64,000 bases of DNA, taken from contig CAZUXT010000002.1 in the NCBI GenBank assembly GCA_964624145.1, forward strand, positions 150,020-214,019, given 5' to 3'. The DNA is from an uncultured Eubacteriales bacterium (GTDB lineage: Bacteria; Acidobacteriota; Aminicenantia; Aminicenantales; Aminicenantaceae). Position numbers and translations under genes: made by a program. Under the pieces are notes generated by a model. The model ran no database searches. It had not been told where the DNA came from and saw only the letters and a list, made by a program, of their open reading frames with translations. Positions 37,011 to 47,024 of the stretch are shown one piece after another (within the stretch, counting starts at the first letter, position 1; the number at the start of each line of letters is the position of its first letter).

Positions 37011-37721
37011 ATGGAAAAAATAAAGATAAGCTTTGGATTAGCGGTTCTCATTTTTTTATTGTTTGTGTCTGTTACATGTATTCCCATTGGCGAACTGCAG
37101 GAAGACTCCCGGACAGTAGAGCTTGAAGGGGCCCGGTTTGTTGAAGCGAGGTTTTATTTTGGCGCAGGTCAAATAGAGATATTCGGGGGAACGAAACATC
37201 TTCTGGAAGGAGTGTTTGAATACAACATTCAGCGATGGAGACCTGAGATCAATTACCGTATAGAGGGCTCTCAAGGATTTCTTTCTGTCCGACAGGGTGA
37301 TTCATCTGGAATTCCGGCAGGAAACGGAAGGAACTTCTGGGATATCTATTTGAACGAAGATATCCCTCTGGATTTGATAATTGATATGGGCGCAGGAGAA
37401 GGGGACCTTGACCTTAAAGATTTGAACTTAACGTCACTCGATATAGATATAGGGGTCGGAGAGCTTGAAGTGGATATTTCCGGACGCTATCAGAATGACC
37501 TTGATGTTGTTATTGACGGTGGTGTGGGTTCCACAACAGTGTATCTACCCAGGGATACAGGTGTCATCGTTCAAGTGGATAAGGGTATTGGGTCCATAAG
37601 TTCAAGAGATTTCATAAAAAAAGGGAAATACCTTGTCAATGAGGCTTACGGGAAAACAGACGTTGAGATAAGAGCCGACATTGATGCGGGAATCGGGAGC
37701 ATTACCCTAAAACTCAGATAA
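37011..37721 (+). CDS. Exported toastrack/DUF4097-like (LiaF C-terminal-like) beta-repeat protein
   Basis: 236 aa with a signal/lipobox-like FVSVTCIP and repeated GxGxxxL/V-D strands (IDMGAGEGDLDL, IDIGVGELEVDI, IDGGVGSTTVYL, IDAGIGSITLKL). Confidence 0.55.
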   Translation: MEKIKISFGLAVLIFLLFVSVTCIPIGELQEDSRTVELEGARFVEARFYFGAGQIEIFGGTKHLLEGVFEYNIQRWRPEINYRIEGSQGFLSVRQGDSSGIPAGNGRNFWDIYLNEDIPLDLIIDMGAGEGDLDLKDLNLTSLDIDIGVGELEVDISGRYQNDLDVVIDGGVGSTTVYLPRDTGVIVQVDKGIGSISSRDFIKKGKYLVNEAYGKTDVEIRADIDAGIGSITLKLR

Positions 37722-37757
37722 AGAAAACCTGACTTATTCATAAAAAGATGGCGATGT

Positions 37758-39809
37758 TCATTTGTCTTTACACCATTGATCCAGCCAATCGATGACGGTC
37801 TTGTGCCACAGTATGCTGTTGTGGGGTTTGAGAACCCAGTGATTTTCGTCAGGGAAATAGAGAAATTTGCTTGGAATGTGAAGGCGCTGCAGCGCGTTAA
37901 AAGTGGCCATCCCCTGAGTTTCCACGACTCTAAAATCATAAGCTCCGTGGATGATGAGCATCGGAGTTTTCCAATTTTTTACATAATTTACCGGGTTATG
38001 CTTTTCAAATCCTTCTGGATTTGTCCAGGGTGTCCCCATGTGGTCCCATTCAGGGAACCACAGTTCTTCAGTAGCATAATAGGCGAAGCGTTCATCCAGG
38101 TTACCATCGTGATTGACGAGGCAGCAGAATCTATCCGGCCAGTTTCCTGCGATCCAGTTGATCATGAATCCTCCGAAAGAAGCCCCTAAAGCCCCGACTT
38201 TGTTTCCGTCCATCCAGGGATAGCGTTTGAGGGCCGACTCAAGTCCTTTTTTCAGGTCTTCCAAAGGTTTTCCGCCCCAATCTCCGCGGATAGAGTCAGT
38301 AAAATCCTGTCCGTAGCCTACAGAGCCGTGAAAATCAACCATGACCACCGCATATCCGGCTCCTGCATAGACCTGAGGATTCCAGCGGTAATGGAAGTGA
38401 TTTCCAAAGGAACCCTGGGGCCCGCCGTGAATGAGGAATGCCACAGGATACTTCTTTTCTGGATTAAAATCGATAGGTTTTACAATAATGCCGTAGACAG
38501 TTTCACTGTTCCAACCTTTAAATGTGAACTGTTCGTGTTCTCCCATTTTTGCCTGGGCGATTTTTTCTTTGTTCATCTGTGTGATTTGAATGATCCCGCT
38601 TCCGTCCAGCTCAGCTGAATAGAGCTCAACCGGAGAGGCCAGATGGTCCATACCGAAAATGATCCGGTTTGTACATAATTCGGGAGAGCGTAAATATCCA
38701 TCCTTTATGATTGTTTTGATCTTTTCCGTTTCTGTATCTATGGAAAATAGGGAATTCTGTCCCAGATTCGGAGCTGTGGCGTAGAGCTTTTTACCGTCAG
38801 GAGACCAGCATATGGACGAAGGTGACAGGTCCCAGCTTTGAGTGATCACGCGTTTTTCACCATGGGGCCAGCCTTGAACAATAATCCGGAACCGGTCTGA
38901 TTCGTATCCTGGCTTTTCCATAGCCAGATAAGCAAGGGCCTGACCATCGGGAGAAAAAACAGGCGTTGTATCCCATGCTTCGTTTTCTTCTGTTATACAG
39001 AGGGGCTTACTGCTTTTGTCAAAGCGAACAAGGTAAAGGTCGAAATCCGTGGACCAGGCCTCTTTACGCCCGGCATTACGTGCCGTAAAGATGAGTCCTT
39101 TGTTGTCCGGTGTGAATGTGATTTCTTCGGGGCCCCCGAAGGGCTGGGAGGGTGTGTCCGCATCCATTCCGGGCATGAGATCCTGTGCCTTTCCGCCCTG
39201 TGCCGGCATAACGAAAACATGGGACCTTCTGCCGTCTTCCCAGGTATCCCAGTGTCTGATGAAAACGTTTTCATAAATGCGGCCGCTGCTTTTTCGGGCT
39301 GCGATCTGGTCAAGTTTTTCTTTTGTTTCCTCAGGATCAGTGAATTCAGGATAGACCTCCATGGTAAAAGCAATGGATTTCCCGTCTCTGGAAACGACAA
39401 GATTTCCTACATCCAGGGGTTGGTGAGTAACCTGCTGGGCTTCTCCGCCATCTATGGGTACTCGCCAGGCTTGAGATGAGCCTGAACGGGTGGACAGGAA
39501 CCAAATGTATTTTCCGCAGGGAGACCAGCGGGGATTAAAATCTGAAGCCGGATGGGCGGTGAGCTGCTTGGGATCTTTACCGTTTGTGTTGACCAGCCAG
39601 AGGTCTGTGCGGCCTCTGTTTTCGTCCAGATCCGTGGTATGGACTGTAAAAACGATGTTGAGTCCGTCAGGAGACACATGAGGGTCAGAAATTTGATTCA
39701 TGGCGAGCATGTCGTGTACGGAAAAAGGATGCTGTTCTGCATAAATGCCCGATACAAGACCCAGAACGAAAAAAACAATGATGATAGACCTTCCAAATAA
39801 TCTGCGCAT
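37758..39809 (-). CDS. S9-family serine peptidase (prolyl oligopeptidase/acylaminoacyl peptidase type) with an N-terminal beta-propeller
   Basis: 683 aa with a signal peptide, TolB-like propeller repeats (SPDG..), the nucleophile elbow GASFGGFM, and C-terminal D/H residues in IIHGAYDFRV and DENHW. Confidence 0.85.
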   Translation of the reverse strand: MRRLFGRSIIIVFFVLGLVSGIYAEQHPFSVHDMLAMNQISDPHVSPDGLNIVFTVHTTDLDENRGRTDLWLVNTNGKDPKQLTAHPASDFNPRWSPCGKYIWFLSTRSGSSQAWRVPIDGGEAQQVTHQPLDVGNLVVSRDGKSIAFTMEVYPEFTDPEETKEKLDQIAARKSSGRIYENVFIRHWDTWEDGRRSHVFVMPAQGGKAQDLMPGMDADTPSQPFGGPEEITFTPDNKGLIFTARNAGRKEAWSTDFDLYLVRFDKSSKPLCITEENEAWDTTPVFSPDGQALAYLAMEKPGYESDRFRIIVQGWPHGEKRVITQSWDLSPSSICWSPDGKKLYATAPNLGQNSLFSIDTETEKIKTIIKDGYLRSPELCTNRIIFGMDHLASPVELYSAELDGSGIIQITQMNKEKIAQAKMGEHEQFTFKGWNSETVYGIIVKPIDFNPEKKYPVAFLIHGGPQGSFGNHFHYRWNPQVYAGAGYAVVMVDFHGSVGYGQDFTDSIRGDWGGKPLEDLKKGLESALKRYPWMDGNKVGALGASFGGFMINWIAGNWPDRFCCLVNHDGNLDERFAYYATEELWFPEWDHMGTPWTNPEGFEKHNPVNYVKNWKTPMLIIHGAYDFRVVETQGMATFNALQRLHIPSKFLYFPDENHWVLKPHNSILWHKTVIDWLDQWCKDK

Positions 39810-39897
39810 TTTTCCTCCTTTTCTCGTGTTTGATTATATCATAAAGATTTTAATTGAAGAAAATTTTCAAACCTAGTACACTAACAAACTTAAAATT

Positions 39898-42579
39898 TTG
39901 AGTATTAAATTGAAGTCCAGTAATCATTGTATCTTAAAAACAAGAAATTCAGCCATACTTTTAGGGGCCCTGTTTCTGCTCTTAAGCGGTCTTGAATCCC
40001 GCCCTTTTGAAGAAAGACGCATACAGGCTGCAAGGATCACAGATCGAATCATAGTGGATGGGGTTTTAGAAGAAGCTTCCTGGCGGTCCGCGGGATTCAC
40101 AGGATTCATCCAATCTGAACCCCTGGACGGAGAGCCTGCCACAGAAAAAACAGTCGTATGGGTGGGGTATGATTCGAGCCATCTTTACATTGCCGCCCAT
40201 CTTTATGATTCCGAGCCGGAACGCATCATAACGAGATTGGGAAGAAGAGATGATGAGCTGGAGAGTGACTGGTTTATTTTTGCGGTTGACCCATATTTTG
40301 ACAAAAGAAGCGGCTTTCAATTTGCTGTTAACCCCTCAGGGTCCATTATTGACGGCACTCTCTATAATGATGAGGGAAAAGATGATACGTGGGATGGAGT
40401 GTGGTCATGTTCCACAAGTCGAGATGAACAAGGTTGGTCTGTAGAGATAAAGATTCCCTACAATCAACTGAGGTTTAAGAAGAAAGATAAGTACATATGG
40501 GGAGTAAATTTTATCCGGGTCATTAAAAGGAAAAATGAAAAAAGCACTTTTTCGTGGATTCCGAAGGAGGAGAGCGGATATGTGTCCCGTTTTGCTGTAT
40601 TGACAGGAATCGAAAACATCAAACCGGCACGCCTGTTTGAGATGCTGCCTTTTGCTGTGGGGAAAGCTCTGCTGGGCCCTGAGGAGGAAGGGAATCCTTT
40701 TCAGACCGGTGAGGAATTGACAGGCAATGCGGGATTTGATGTAAAGGCCGGCTTGAAGAGCAACCTCACTTTGAATATGACTGTGAATCCTGATTTTGGC
40801 CAGGTAGAGGTTGATCCTGCTGTGATCAATATCAGTGACCAGGAAACCTATTATGAAGAAAAAAGGCCGTTTTTTATTGAGGGTGCGGATATTTTCAGGT
40901 TCGGAACCGGAGGAGCGAATACGGTCAGGTATCTCGGGTGGGATAATCCCGATTTTTTTTACAGCCGGAGGATCGGCCGTTCACCGCAGGGCTCTATGCA
41001 GCCTTATGGATATGTGGATTACCCAGCCTGGACCACTATTCTGACAGCGGCAAAAGTGACAGGAAAAATCGGCAGGGGGTGGAACATCGGATTTCTGAAT
41101 GCCCTTACGAACAGGGAAAATGCCACCATAAAGGTCGATGATGTGAACACAAAGCAGGAGATAGAGCCTTTTTCTTATTACGGAGTCTTTAGGGCACAGA
41201 AAGAATTCAATCAGGGAAACCAGGGGCTGGGTTTCATTGCCACTTCAGTGATACGGGATTTTAAAACAGACGAACTGGCTGCTGTGATTCCAGGCAAAGC
41301 GTTCGGTTTTGCTGTGGACGGATGGGCCTTTCTTGATAAGGATAAGGGTTGGGTTGTGACTGGCTGGCTTGGGGGAACGCATGTATCCGGCACCAAAGAA
41401 GCGATCACGGCACTTCAGGCCTCCTCCCTTCATTATTTTCAGCGTCCTGATGTTGATTATGTCCGTGTTGATGAGAATGCCACCTATCTGAGCGGCTGGG
41501 CCGGCCGTATCTTTCTAAACAAGCAGAAAGGAAACCTTGTCTTTAATACAGCTATTGGTGTCATGTCGCCGGGATTCAATTCAATGGATATGGGGTATCA
41601 TACCCGGGGAGATGTCATCCACGGCCATATAGAAACAGGATACCAGACGTTCCATCCGGGCGCTCTTTTCCGGAACTGGAAGCTCACTCTGGCAGCCTGC
41701 CGCGGTTATGACTTTGGTGGAAACAGAATCAATGAAAATTACATATTTAATGCATTCGGACAGTTTCTGAATTACTGGTCCGCTGTTTTTTCCATGTCCT
41801 ATGATCCGACAAGATACAATCATTATTTGACGAGAGGAGGACCGATAGCTGAGTATCCCTGGGGTTTCACGCGGAGCTTAAGCCTAAGCAGTGATAACAG
41901 AAAAAAGGTCATAGGCTCTCTTTCACTTTTTTACAGGACGCATCCTTACGGGGCTTACAACTGGTCTGTGTATGCTGGTTTGACATGGAAGCCGGGAAGC
42001 AATTTGAGTGTATCCTTAAGGCCGGGCTATATGTGGAGGCATTCAGCCGGGCAGTGGGTCACAAGCATTGAAGATGAGTTAAAAACAGAAACGTATGGTG
42101 TCCGGTATGTGATGTCTGATATCATCGTGGAGACCATCCCCATTGAAATAAGAGTGAACTGGACCTTTACGCCCAAGCTCAGTCTTCAGGCATACCTCCA
42201 GCCTTATATCGGTGTGGGAGATTATTTCAAATTCAAGGAATGGAGAGCACCGAGAACGTTTGCTTTTTATGTCTACGGAGAAGGAGACTCTACGATTTCT
42301 CTGAATGAAGGCGTGTATACATTTGATCCGGATGGCCCCGGCCCTGCTGAGCCTTTTTCCATAAGAAATCCTGATTTTAATTTGAAATCAATGCGCGGTA
42401 CTGTGGTTCTCCGATGGGAATACAGTCCGGGCTCTACCTTTTATGCTGTTTGGACCCAGAACAGGGCGGATTACTCCTACCCGGGTCAGTTTGACTTATC
42501 AAGAGATATTCAGGCTCTGTTTTCAGCACCGGGCGATAACATATTTTTGATAAAGGTGAACTACAGATTCAAGCTGTAG
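39898..42579 (+). CDS. Exported CBM9/DOMON-like N-terminal domain protein with a large DUF5916-like C-terminal region
   Basis: 893 aa with a TTG start in the track (uncertain) and a signal-like AILLGALFLLLSG. N-terminal IVDGVLEEASWRSA..., typical of CBM9-like domains. Ends in an aromatic-rich beta-strand pattern (IFLIKVNYRFKL). Confidence 0.55.
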   Translation: MSIKLKSSNHCILKTRNSAILLGALFLLLSGLESRPFEERRIQAARITDRIIVDGVLEEASWRSAGFTGFIQSEPLDGEPATEKTVVWVGYDSSHLYIAAHLYDSEPERIITRLGRRDDELESDWFIFAVDPYFDKRSGFQFAVNPSGSIIDGTLYNDEGKDDTWDGVWSCSTSRDEQGWSVEIKIPYNQLRFKKKDKYIWGVNFIRVIKRKNEKSTFSWIPKEESGYVSRFAVLTGIENIKPARLFEMLPFAVGKALLGPEEEGNPFQTGEELTGNAGFDVKAGLKSNLTLNMTVNPDFGQVEVDPAVINISDQETYYEEKRPFFIEGADIFRFGTGGANTVRYLGWDNPDFFYSRRIGRSPQGSMQPYGYVDYPAWTTILTAAKVTGKIGRGWNIGFLNALTNRENATIKVDDVNTKQEIEPFSYYGVFRAQKEFNQGNQGLGFIATSVIRDFKTDELAAVIPGKAFGFAVDGWAFLDKDKGWVVTGWLGGTHVSGTKEAITALQASSLHYFQRPDVDYVRVDENATYLSGWAGRIFLNKQKGNLVFNTAIGVMSPGFNSMDMGYHTRGDVIHGHIETGYQTFHPGALFRNWKLTLAACRGYDFGGNRINENYIFNAFGQFLNYWSAVFSMSYDPTRYNHYLTRGGPIAEYPWGFTRSLSLSSDNRKKVIGSLSLFYRTHPYGAYNWSVYAGLTWKPGSNLSVSLRPGYMWRHSAGQWVTSIEDELKTETYGVRYVMSDIIVETIPIEIRVNWTFTPKLSLQAYLQPYIGVGDYFKFKEWRAPRTFAFYVYGEGDSTISLNEGVYTFDPDGPGPAEPFSIRNPDFNLKSMRGTVVLRWEYSPGSTFYAVWTQNRADYSYPGQFDLSRDIQALFSAPGDNIFLIKVNYRFKL

Positions 42580-42581
42580 TC

Positions 42582-45500
42582 TTACAGTTCAGCGAGTTCT
42601 TCTTCTACCTTCTTATTTTTTTTGTTTTTGCGCCCTTCGAAAAAGGAATAAACAACAGGAACAATCAACAGAGTGATAAATGTGGAGCTGAGCAGTCCTC
42701 CGATAACAGCACGGGCCATGGGGGCTTGGGCTTCACTTCCTTCCCTGAGTCCCATAGCTAGAGGTATCATGGCCATGATAGTGGTCATAGCTGTCATTAA
42801 AATGGGCCGCAGCCGTCTTCTCCCGGCTTCCTCAATAGCCTCTCTCATCTTCATCTTATCGCGTTTTCGGAGGAGGTTTGTATAGTCAACAAGAAGAATG
42901 GCGTTGTTGACCACGATGCCTCCCAGCATGATACAGCCTATATAGGACTGCATGTTGAAAGTGGTGTTGGTAAGAAAGAGCATCAAGACGACTCCTATGA
43001 CAGCCATGGGAACCGAAAACATAACAATGAACGGATCGCGGATGGACTCATACAGCATGGCCATAATCATGTAAACAAGGAGAATAGCCAGAATGATGCT
43101 GGTCAGCAGTTCCCGGAATGCTTTTTGCTGTTCTTCAAAGTCTCCGGTGAAAGCAATGGAAAAATCTCTGGGAACCGGGACAGAACGCAATCCTCTGCGG
43201 ATATCGTTCTGGATAGTACCCAGATCCTTTCCCTCATAGTCAGCCGTGATGTTAACAATCCGCTCCCTGTCTCTTCGCTCTATACGAACAGGGCCTCTGC
43301 GCGAACGGACATCCACAACATTGCGGAGACTGACCTGTTCTCCGTCTGAATTGGTCAGGGTAAGGTCAAGGATATCATCGATATCCATGTATTCCGAATC
43401 TTTGACTTTGACCAAAATCCGGTACTCATATCCCCCTTCCCTGTACATGCTGGCCTGGCTTCCTGACAGAACGGTTTGAAGTGTACTTCCGATCTGGCTC
43501 ACGGTAAGTTTCATATCCGCTGCTGACTGACGGTCAATGTGAAAGAGTTCCTCAGGATTTCCCACATCCCGGCTCAGCCTTACGTCAGTGATCCCTTCCA
43601 CGTTTTCCGTCACGTTTTTGACCTGCTGCGCCAGTTCTTCGCTGGTATCTAAGTCAAAGCCGCGGATCTCGATCTGGACTCTTTCCTCAGACCCGCTTCC
43701 TCTAAAAAAGAACATGCCTCCACTGGCGCGTGTCCGGATAATGACTCCGGGAATATTTTCCAGTGCCGGACGGAGGGCATTGGCGATTTCCTGGCTCGAA
43801 CGTGAGCGGTCGGGCTTGAGATTAACGGTGACGCTCCCGCTGTTCGCTCCTCTGCGCCAGCCTCCTCCCCCAAAGCTTTCTTCGAGGTCCTCAACCTCCG
43901 GAACTTCTGCACGGATTATATCTGTGACTATTTTGATCTTTTCATCCATCAGATCTAGTTTTGTTCCAACTTCCATTTCCACGCTGACACGAACCTCTCC
44001 TTCGTCAGTCGAAGGCATGAATTCGCTTCCCACGAGACTGATGAGAGCGATGCTTCCAAGGAGAAGAGCTCCCGCGACACCCATAACAAGGGTCCGGTGG
44101 TCAAGAGAATAATGAAGAAGTTTTTTATAGCCGTCCTCCAGCTGGGAGAAAAAGTTACGTATGGAGTTGGCCAGTTTTCTCAATCTCCGGTTTGAATTTG
44201 GATTTTTAAGGTCAGAGGGCTTTAAGATACGGCTGCTCAGCATGGGCACTAAGGTCAGGGCCACGAATAGGGAACAAATCAAGGCAAAGCTCACCACATA
44301 TGCCAGCTGCTTGAACATGATTCCGGCCATCCCGCGTATGAAAACCATGGGCAGGAAAACGGCCAGAGTGGTTAAAGTACTGGCTACAATAGCTGAGGAG
44401 ACTTCCTGAGTTCCCACAGAGGCCGCTTTAAAACGCGGCATGCCGGACTCCTGCAGCCTGAAGATATTTTCAAGAACCACAATGGCATTGTCCACGAGCA
44501 TCCCGATGCCGAGGGCCAATCCTCCCAGAGTCATAATGTTTAAGGTAAAGCCTCCGAAATAAATCAGGGCAAAAGTGGCAATGATAGAGATAGGGATGGC
44601 TGTTGCAATGACCAGTGTGCTTCTTATGTTTGTCAGAAAGAAAAGCAGAACGAAGACAGCCAGAATTCCCCCGTAGATAGCGGCAGAGCTTACATTGCTG
44701 ATGGCATTTTTTATGTACTGGGAGCTGTCAGTGACCGAGATCATCTGGATTTGCGGGATATCCCGCTCTATTCTTTCGACTTCTTTCAACACTCCTTGAG
44801 CCACAGCCACCGTGTTTTTTCCAGACTGTTTGTTGATGGCGATCCGGGTTCCGGGGATTCCGTTAACGCGTACGATACGCGTTATTCTTTGGTGTGTATC
44901 GTCTATACTGGCAATCTCTTTGAGCAGAATAGGAACGTTGTCGCGGAAAGCCACGACCGTGTTTCTGATCTCGTCGAGATTGGTGTAAGCGCCGGGGATC
45001 CTTACCTGGACTTCATAGTTACCTTTTTCTATGATTCCCGCCGGTGTGTCGATGTTTTCCTGGCGGATTGTATTTATAACCTGATCCAGGGGAAGGCCTA
45101 AGGCTTTGATTCTGTCCGGGTATAAGTTGATTTGGATTTCCCGCTGATGTCCACCCCACACATCAACGGAGGCGACACCGGGAATTCGCTCGATGCGGTA
45201 GGAGATCTGTTCGTCAATGATGCGCCGGGTTTGCACGGGATCCAGGTTACTCAAAACCCCGAGTATCAGTATGGGGAACTGGGCGGGATCGAATTTTCTG
45301 AGCATGGGTCTGTTAACTTCCTCGGGAAGACGGGGCACTACCCTGTCAAGCCTTTCCCGGATATCATCCGAAGCCGCATCCAGGTCAACGCCCCAATCGA
45401 ACATGACTCTCACCGTGCTGCTTCCCTCAGAGGAGATGGAATACACTTCTTCCACTCCTGGAACAGCACTCATGGCCTCTTCGATGGGCCGGGTGACCAA

Positions 45501-45683
45501 CTGTTCCATCTCTTCTGGGCCCGTGTTTTGATAGGAGGTGGATACGTTGAGAGTGGGATAGGTTATTTCCGGCATAAGGTCGATGGGAAGCCGGCTCAGG
45601 GCTACGAGTCCAATGGCTACAATAACCAGAGTCAGCATAACTGAAAAAACAGGACGCTTGATTGAGAAATCGGATAGCTTCAC
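42582..45683 (-). CDS. RND efflux transporter permease (AcrB/HAE family)
   Basis: 1033 aa with 12-TM architecture and two large periplasmic loops; typical AcrB-like N-terminus FSIKRPVFSVMLTLVIV. Confidence 0.95.
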   Translation of the reverse strand: MKLSDFSIKRPVFSVMLTLVIVAIGLVALSRLPIDLMPEITYPTLNVSTSYQNTGPEEMEQLVTRPIEEAMSAVPGVEEVYSISSEGSSTVRVMFDWGVDLDAASDDIRERLDRVVPRLPEEVNRPMLRKFDPAQFPILILGVLSNLDPVQTRRIIDEQISYRIERIPGVASVDVWGGHQREIQINLYPDRIKALGLPLDQVINTIRQENIDTPAGIIEKGNYEVQVRIPGAYTNLDEIRNTVVAFRDNVPILLKEIASIDDTHQRITRIVRVNGIPGTRIAINKQSGKNTVAVAQGVLKEVERIERDIPQIQMISVTDSSQYIKNAISNVSSAAIYGGILAVFVLLFFLTNIRSTLVIATAIPISIIATFALIYFGGFTLNIMTLGGLALGIGMLVDNAIVVLENIFRLQESGMPRFKAASVGTQEVSSAIVASTLTTLAVFLPMVFIRGMAGIMFKQLAYVVSFALICSLFVALTLVPMLSSRILKPSDLKNPNSNRRLRKLANSIRNFFSQLEDGYKKLLHYSLDHRTLVMGVAGALLLGSIALISLVGSEFMPSTDEGEVRVSVEMEVGTKLDLMDEKIKIVTDIIRAEVPEVEDLEESFGGGGWRRGANSGSVTVNLKPDRSRSSQEIANALRPALENIPGVIIRTRASGGMFFFRGSGSEERVQIEIRGFDLDTSEELAQQVKNVTENVEGITDVRLSRDVGNPEELFHIDRQSAADMKLTVSQIGSTLQTVLSGSQASMYREGGYEYRILVKVKDSEYMDIDDILDLTLTNSDGEQVSLRNVVDVRSRRGPVRIERRDRERIVNITADYEGKDLGTIQNDIRRGLRSVPVPRDFSIAFTGDFEEQQKAFRELLTSIILAILLVYMIMAMLYESIRDPFIVMFSVPMAVIGVVLMLFLTNTTFNMQSYIGCIMLGGIVVNNAILLVDYTNLLRKRDKMKMREAIEEAGRRRLRPILMTAMTTIMAMIPLAMGLREGSEAQAPMARAVIGGLLSSTFITLLIVPVVYSFFEGRKNKKNKKVEEELAEL

Positions 45684-46948
45684 AGTTGGCCTCCTGGAGA
45701 ATCTTGTTTAGGACCGGCTGGTTTATATAAAGATTCCAGATTGAGTTGCGCTGTAGCCATGTTGTCTTCGGGGAGGATGATCCCGGCTCCATCTTCCAGA
45801 AGATGCTGTCCCAGCACGACCACAAATCCGGATAGTTGAGAGGGTTCAAGTATCTCTGCTTTTTCCCCCTCCACAATACCTACCTTGACAGGAACGAAAT
45901 TGGCTTTCTTGTTCTCCAGGTCCGCTAAAAAAATGCCCTGCTGAGAGTTTCTGTTAACTAAAGAGCTGTAGGGAATAATGGTGGTCTTTTCGTGTTTGTC
46001 AAATTCTATCCGGGTGTTGATGAACATCCCAGGTTTGAGAAGAAATTCAGGGTTTTGGATTTCAATCTCAATTCGGGCTTGACGCGAGGTTTCTTGCAGC
46101 AGCGGGGCTATCCTAACCACCCGTCCGGGAAAGGACTTGCTGGGGAAAGCAGTGCTGGAAATGGTGACACTTTGATTCAGGGCCAAACGGAAATAATCTT
46201 TATCTGTCACATGGATGACAGCGGTAATGGGTTGGAGCTCTATAATGGAGAGGATGGATGTGTTTGTGGACAGCATGGCTCCCTCATTGACAAATCTTTC
46301 CCCCACGTAGCGAGAGTTGCTTCCTTTTTCCCAGGTGGCTCTAATACGGGTATAAGAGAGACGGACTTGAGCTGTTTTTAAGGCTGCTTCTTGGTTTTCC
46401 AGTTGGGCTTGAGCCACTTTATACCGGGCTTCCTGCGCAGCATACTGGGCTTTAGCGGCATCGAGCTCTGAATCAGATTGAATGCCCTTTTTGTGCAGAG
46501 TGACAGCCCTCTCCAGGTCCCTTTTAGCGATTTCCAGAGCGCTATTGGCCTCTTCAAGATTGGCTCTGGCAACTTGGAGATTTGCTTCAGCTTGTATGAC
46601 TTCCTGCTGGTACTCTTCATCTTCGAGTACGGCCACCAGTTGATTCTGTTGCACTTTGTCGCCTATATCAACAAACAGTTGTTCGAGCTTTCCTGAGATC
46701 TTAGGGGCGACTGTGAATTGGGTTTTTGGGATCAGACTTCCTGAAAACGTCCCTATATCTATGATAGAGCCTTCTGTTACCGGAGCGATTTCAACAGCAA
46801 CAGAAGTCGGTCCCTGGTTTCCACCTGCCCTTCCGCCTAAAGCTTTTTGATATATTTTCCACCCTATAAATCCTACAATGAGGATGCATATGGTAGCGAT
46901 GATCAGATTTCTTTTTTTTAAACTCTTCTTTTTTGTTTCTTTAGTCAT
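45680..46948 (-). CDS. RND efflux periplasmic adaptor (membrane fusion protein, HlyD family)
   Basis: 422 aa with an N-terminal TM, a coiled-coil hairpin (AEANLQVARANLEEA...AQLENQEAALKTAQ), and lipoyl/beta-barrel domains. 4-nt overlap with the RND gene. Confidence 0.9.
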   Translation of the reverse strand: MTKETKKKSLKKRNLIIATICILIVGFIGWKIYQKALGGRAGGNQGPTSVAVEIAPVTEGSIIDIGTFSGSLIPKTQFTVAPKISGKLEQLFVDIGDKVQQNQLVAVLEDEEYQQEVIQAEANLQVARANLEEANSALEIAKRDLERAVTLHKKGIQSDSELDAAKAQYAAQEARYKVAQAQLENQEAALKTAQVRLSYTRIRATWEKGSNSRYVGERFVNEGAMLSTNTSILSIIELQPITAVIHVTDKDYFRLALNQSVTISSTAFPSKSFPGRVVRIAPLLQETSRQARIEIEIQNPEFLLKPGMFINTRIEFDKHEKTTIIPYSSLVNRNSQQGIFLADLENKKANFVPVKVGIVEGEKAEILEPSQLSGFVVVLGQHLLEDGAGIILPEDNMATAQLNLESLYKPAGPKQDSPGGQL

Positions 46949-47024
46949 GATTTTTTCCTTTAGAATAGAACCTTAAGTATTTAGACGAAAATTATATCGA
47001 TTTTCTTTCCTTTTAATTATTTTT

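Noticed and set aside
36757-37023. 88-aa ORF between the Hfq-like gene and the toastrack gene.
   Set aside because: It occupies the divergent promoter region, overlaps both neighbours' starts, and has no RBS and no recognisable features. It is probably non-coding.
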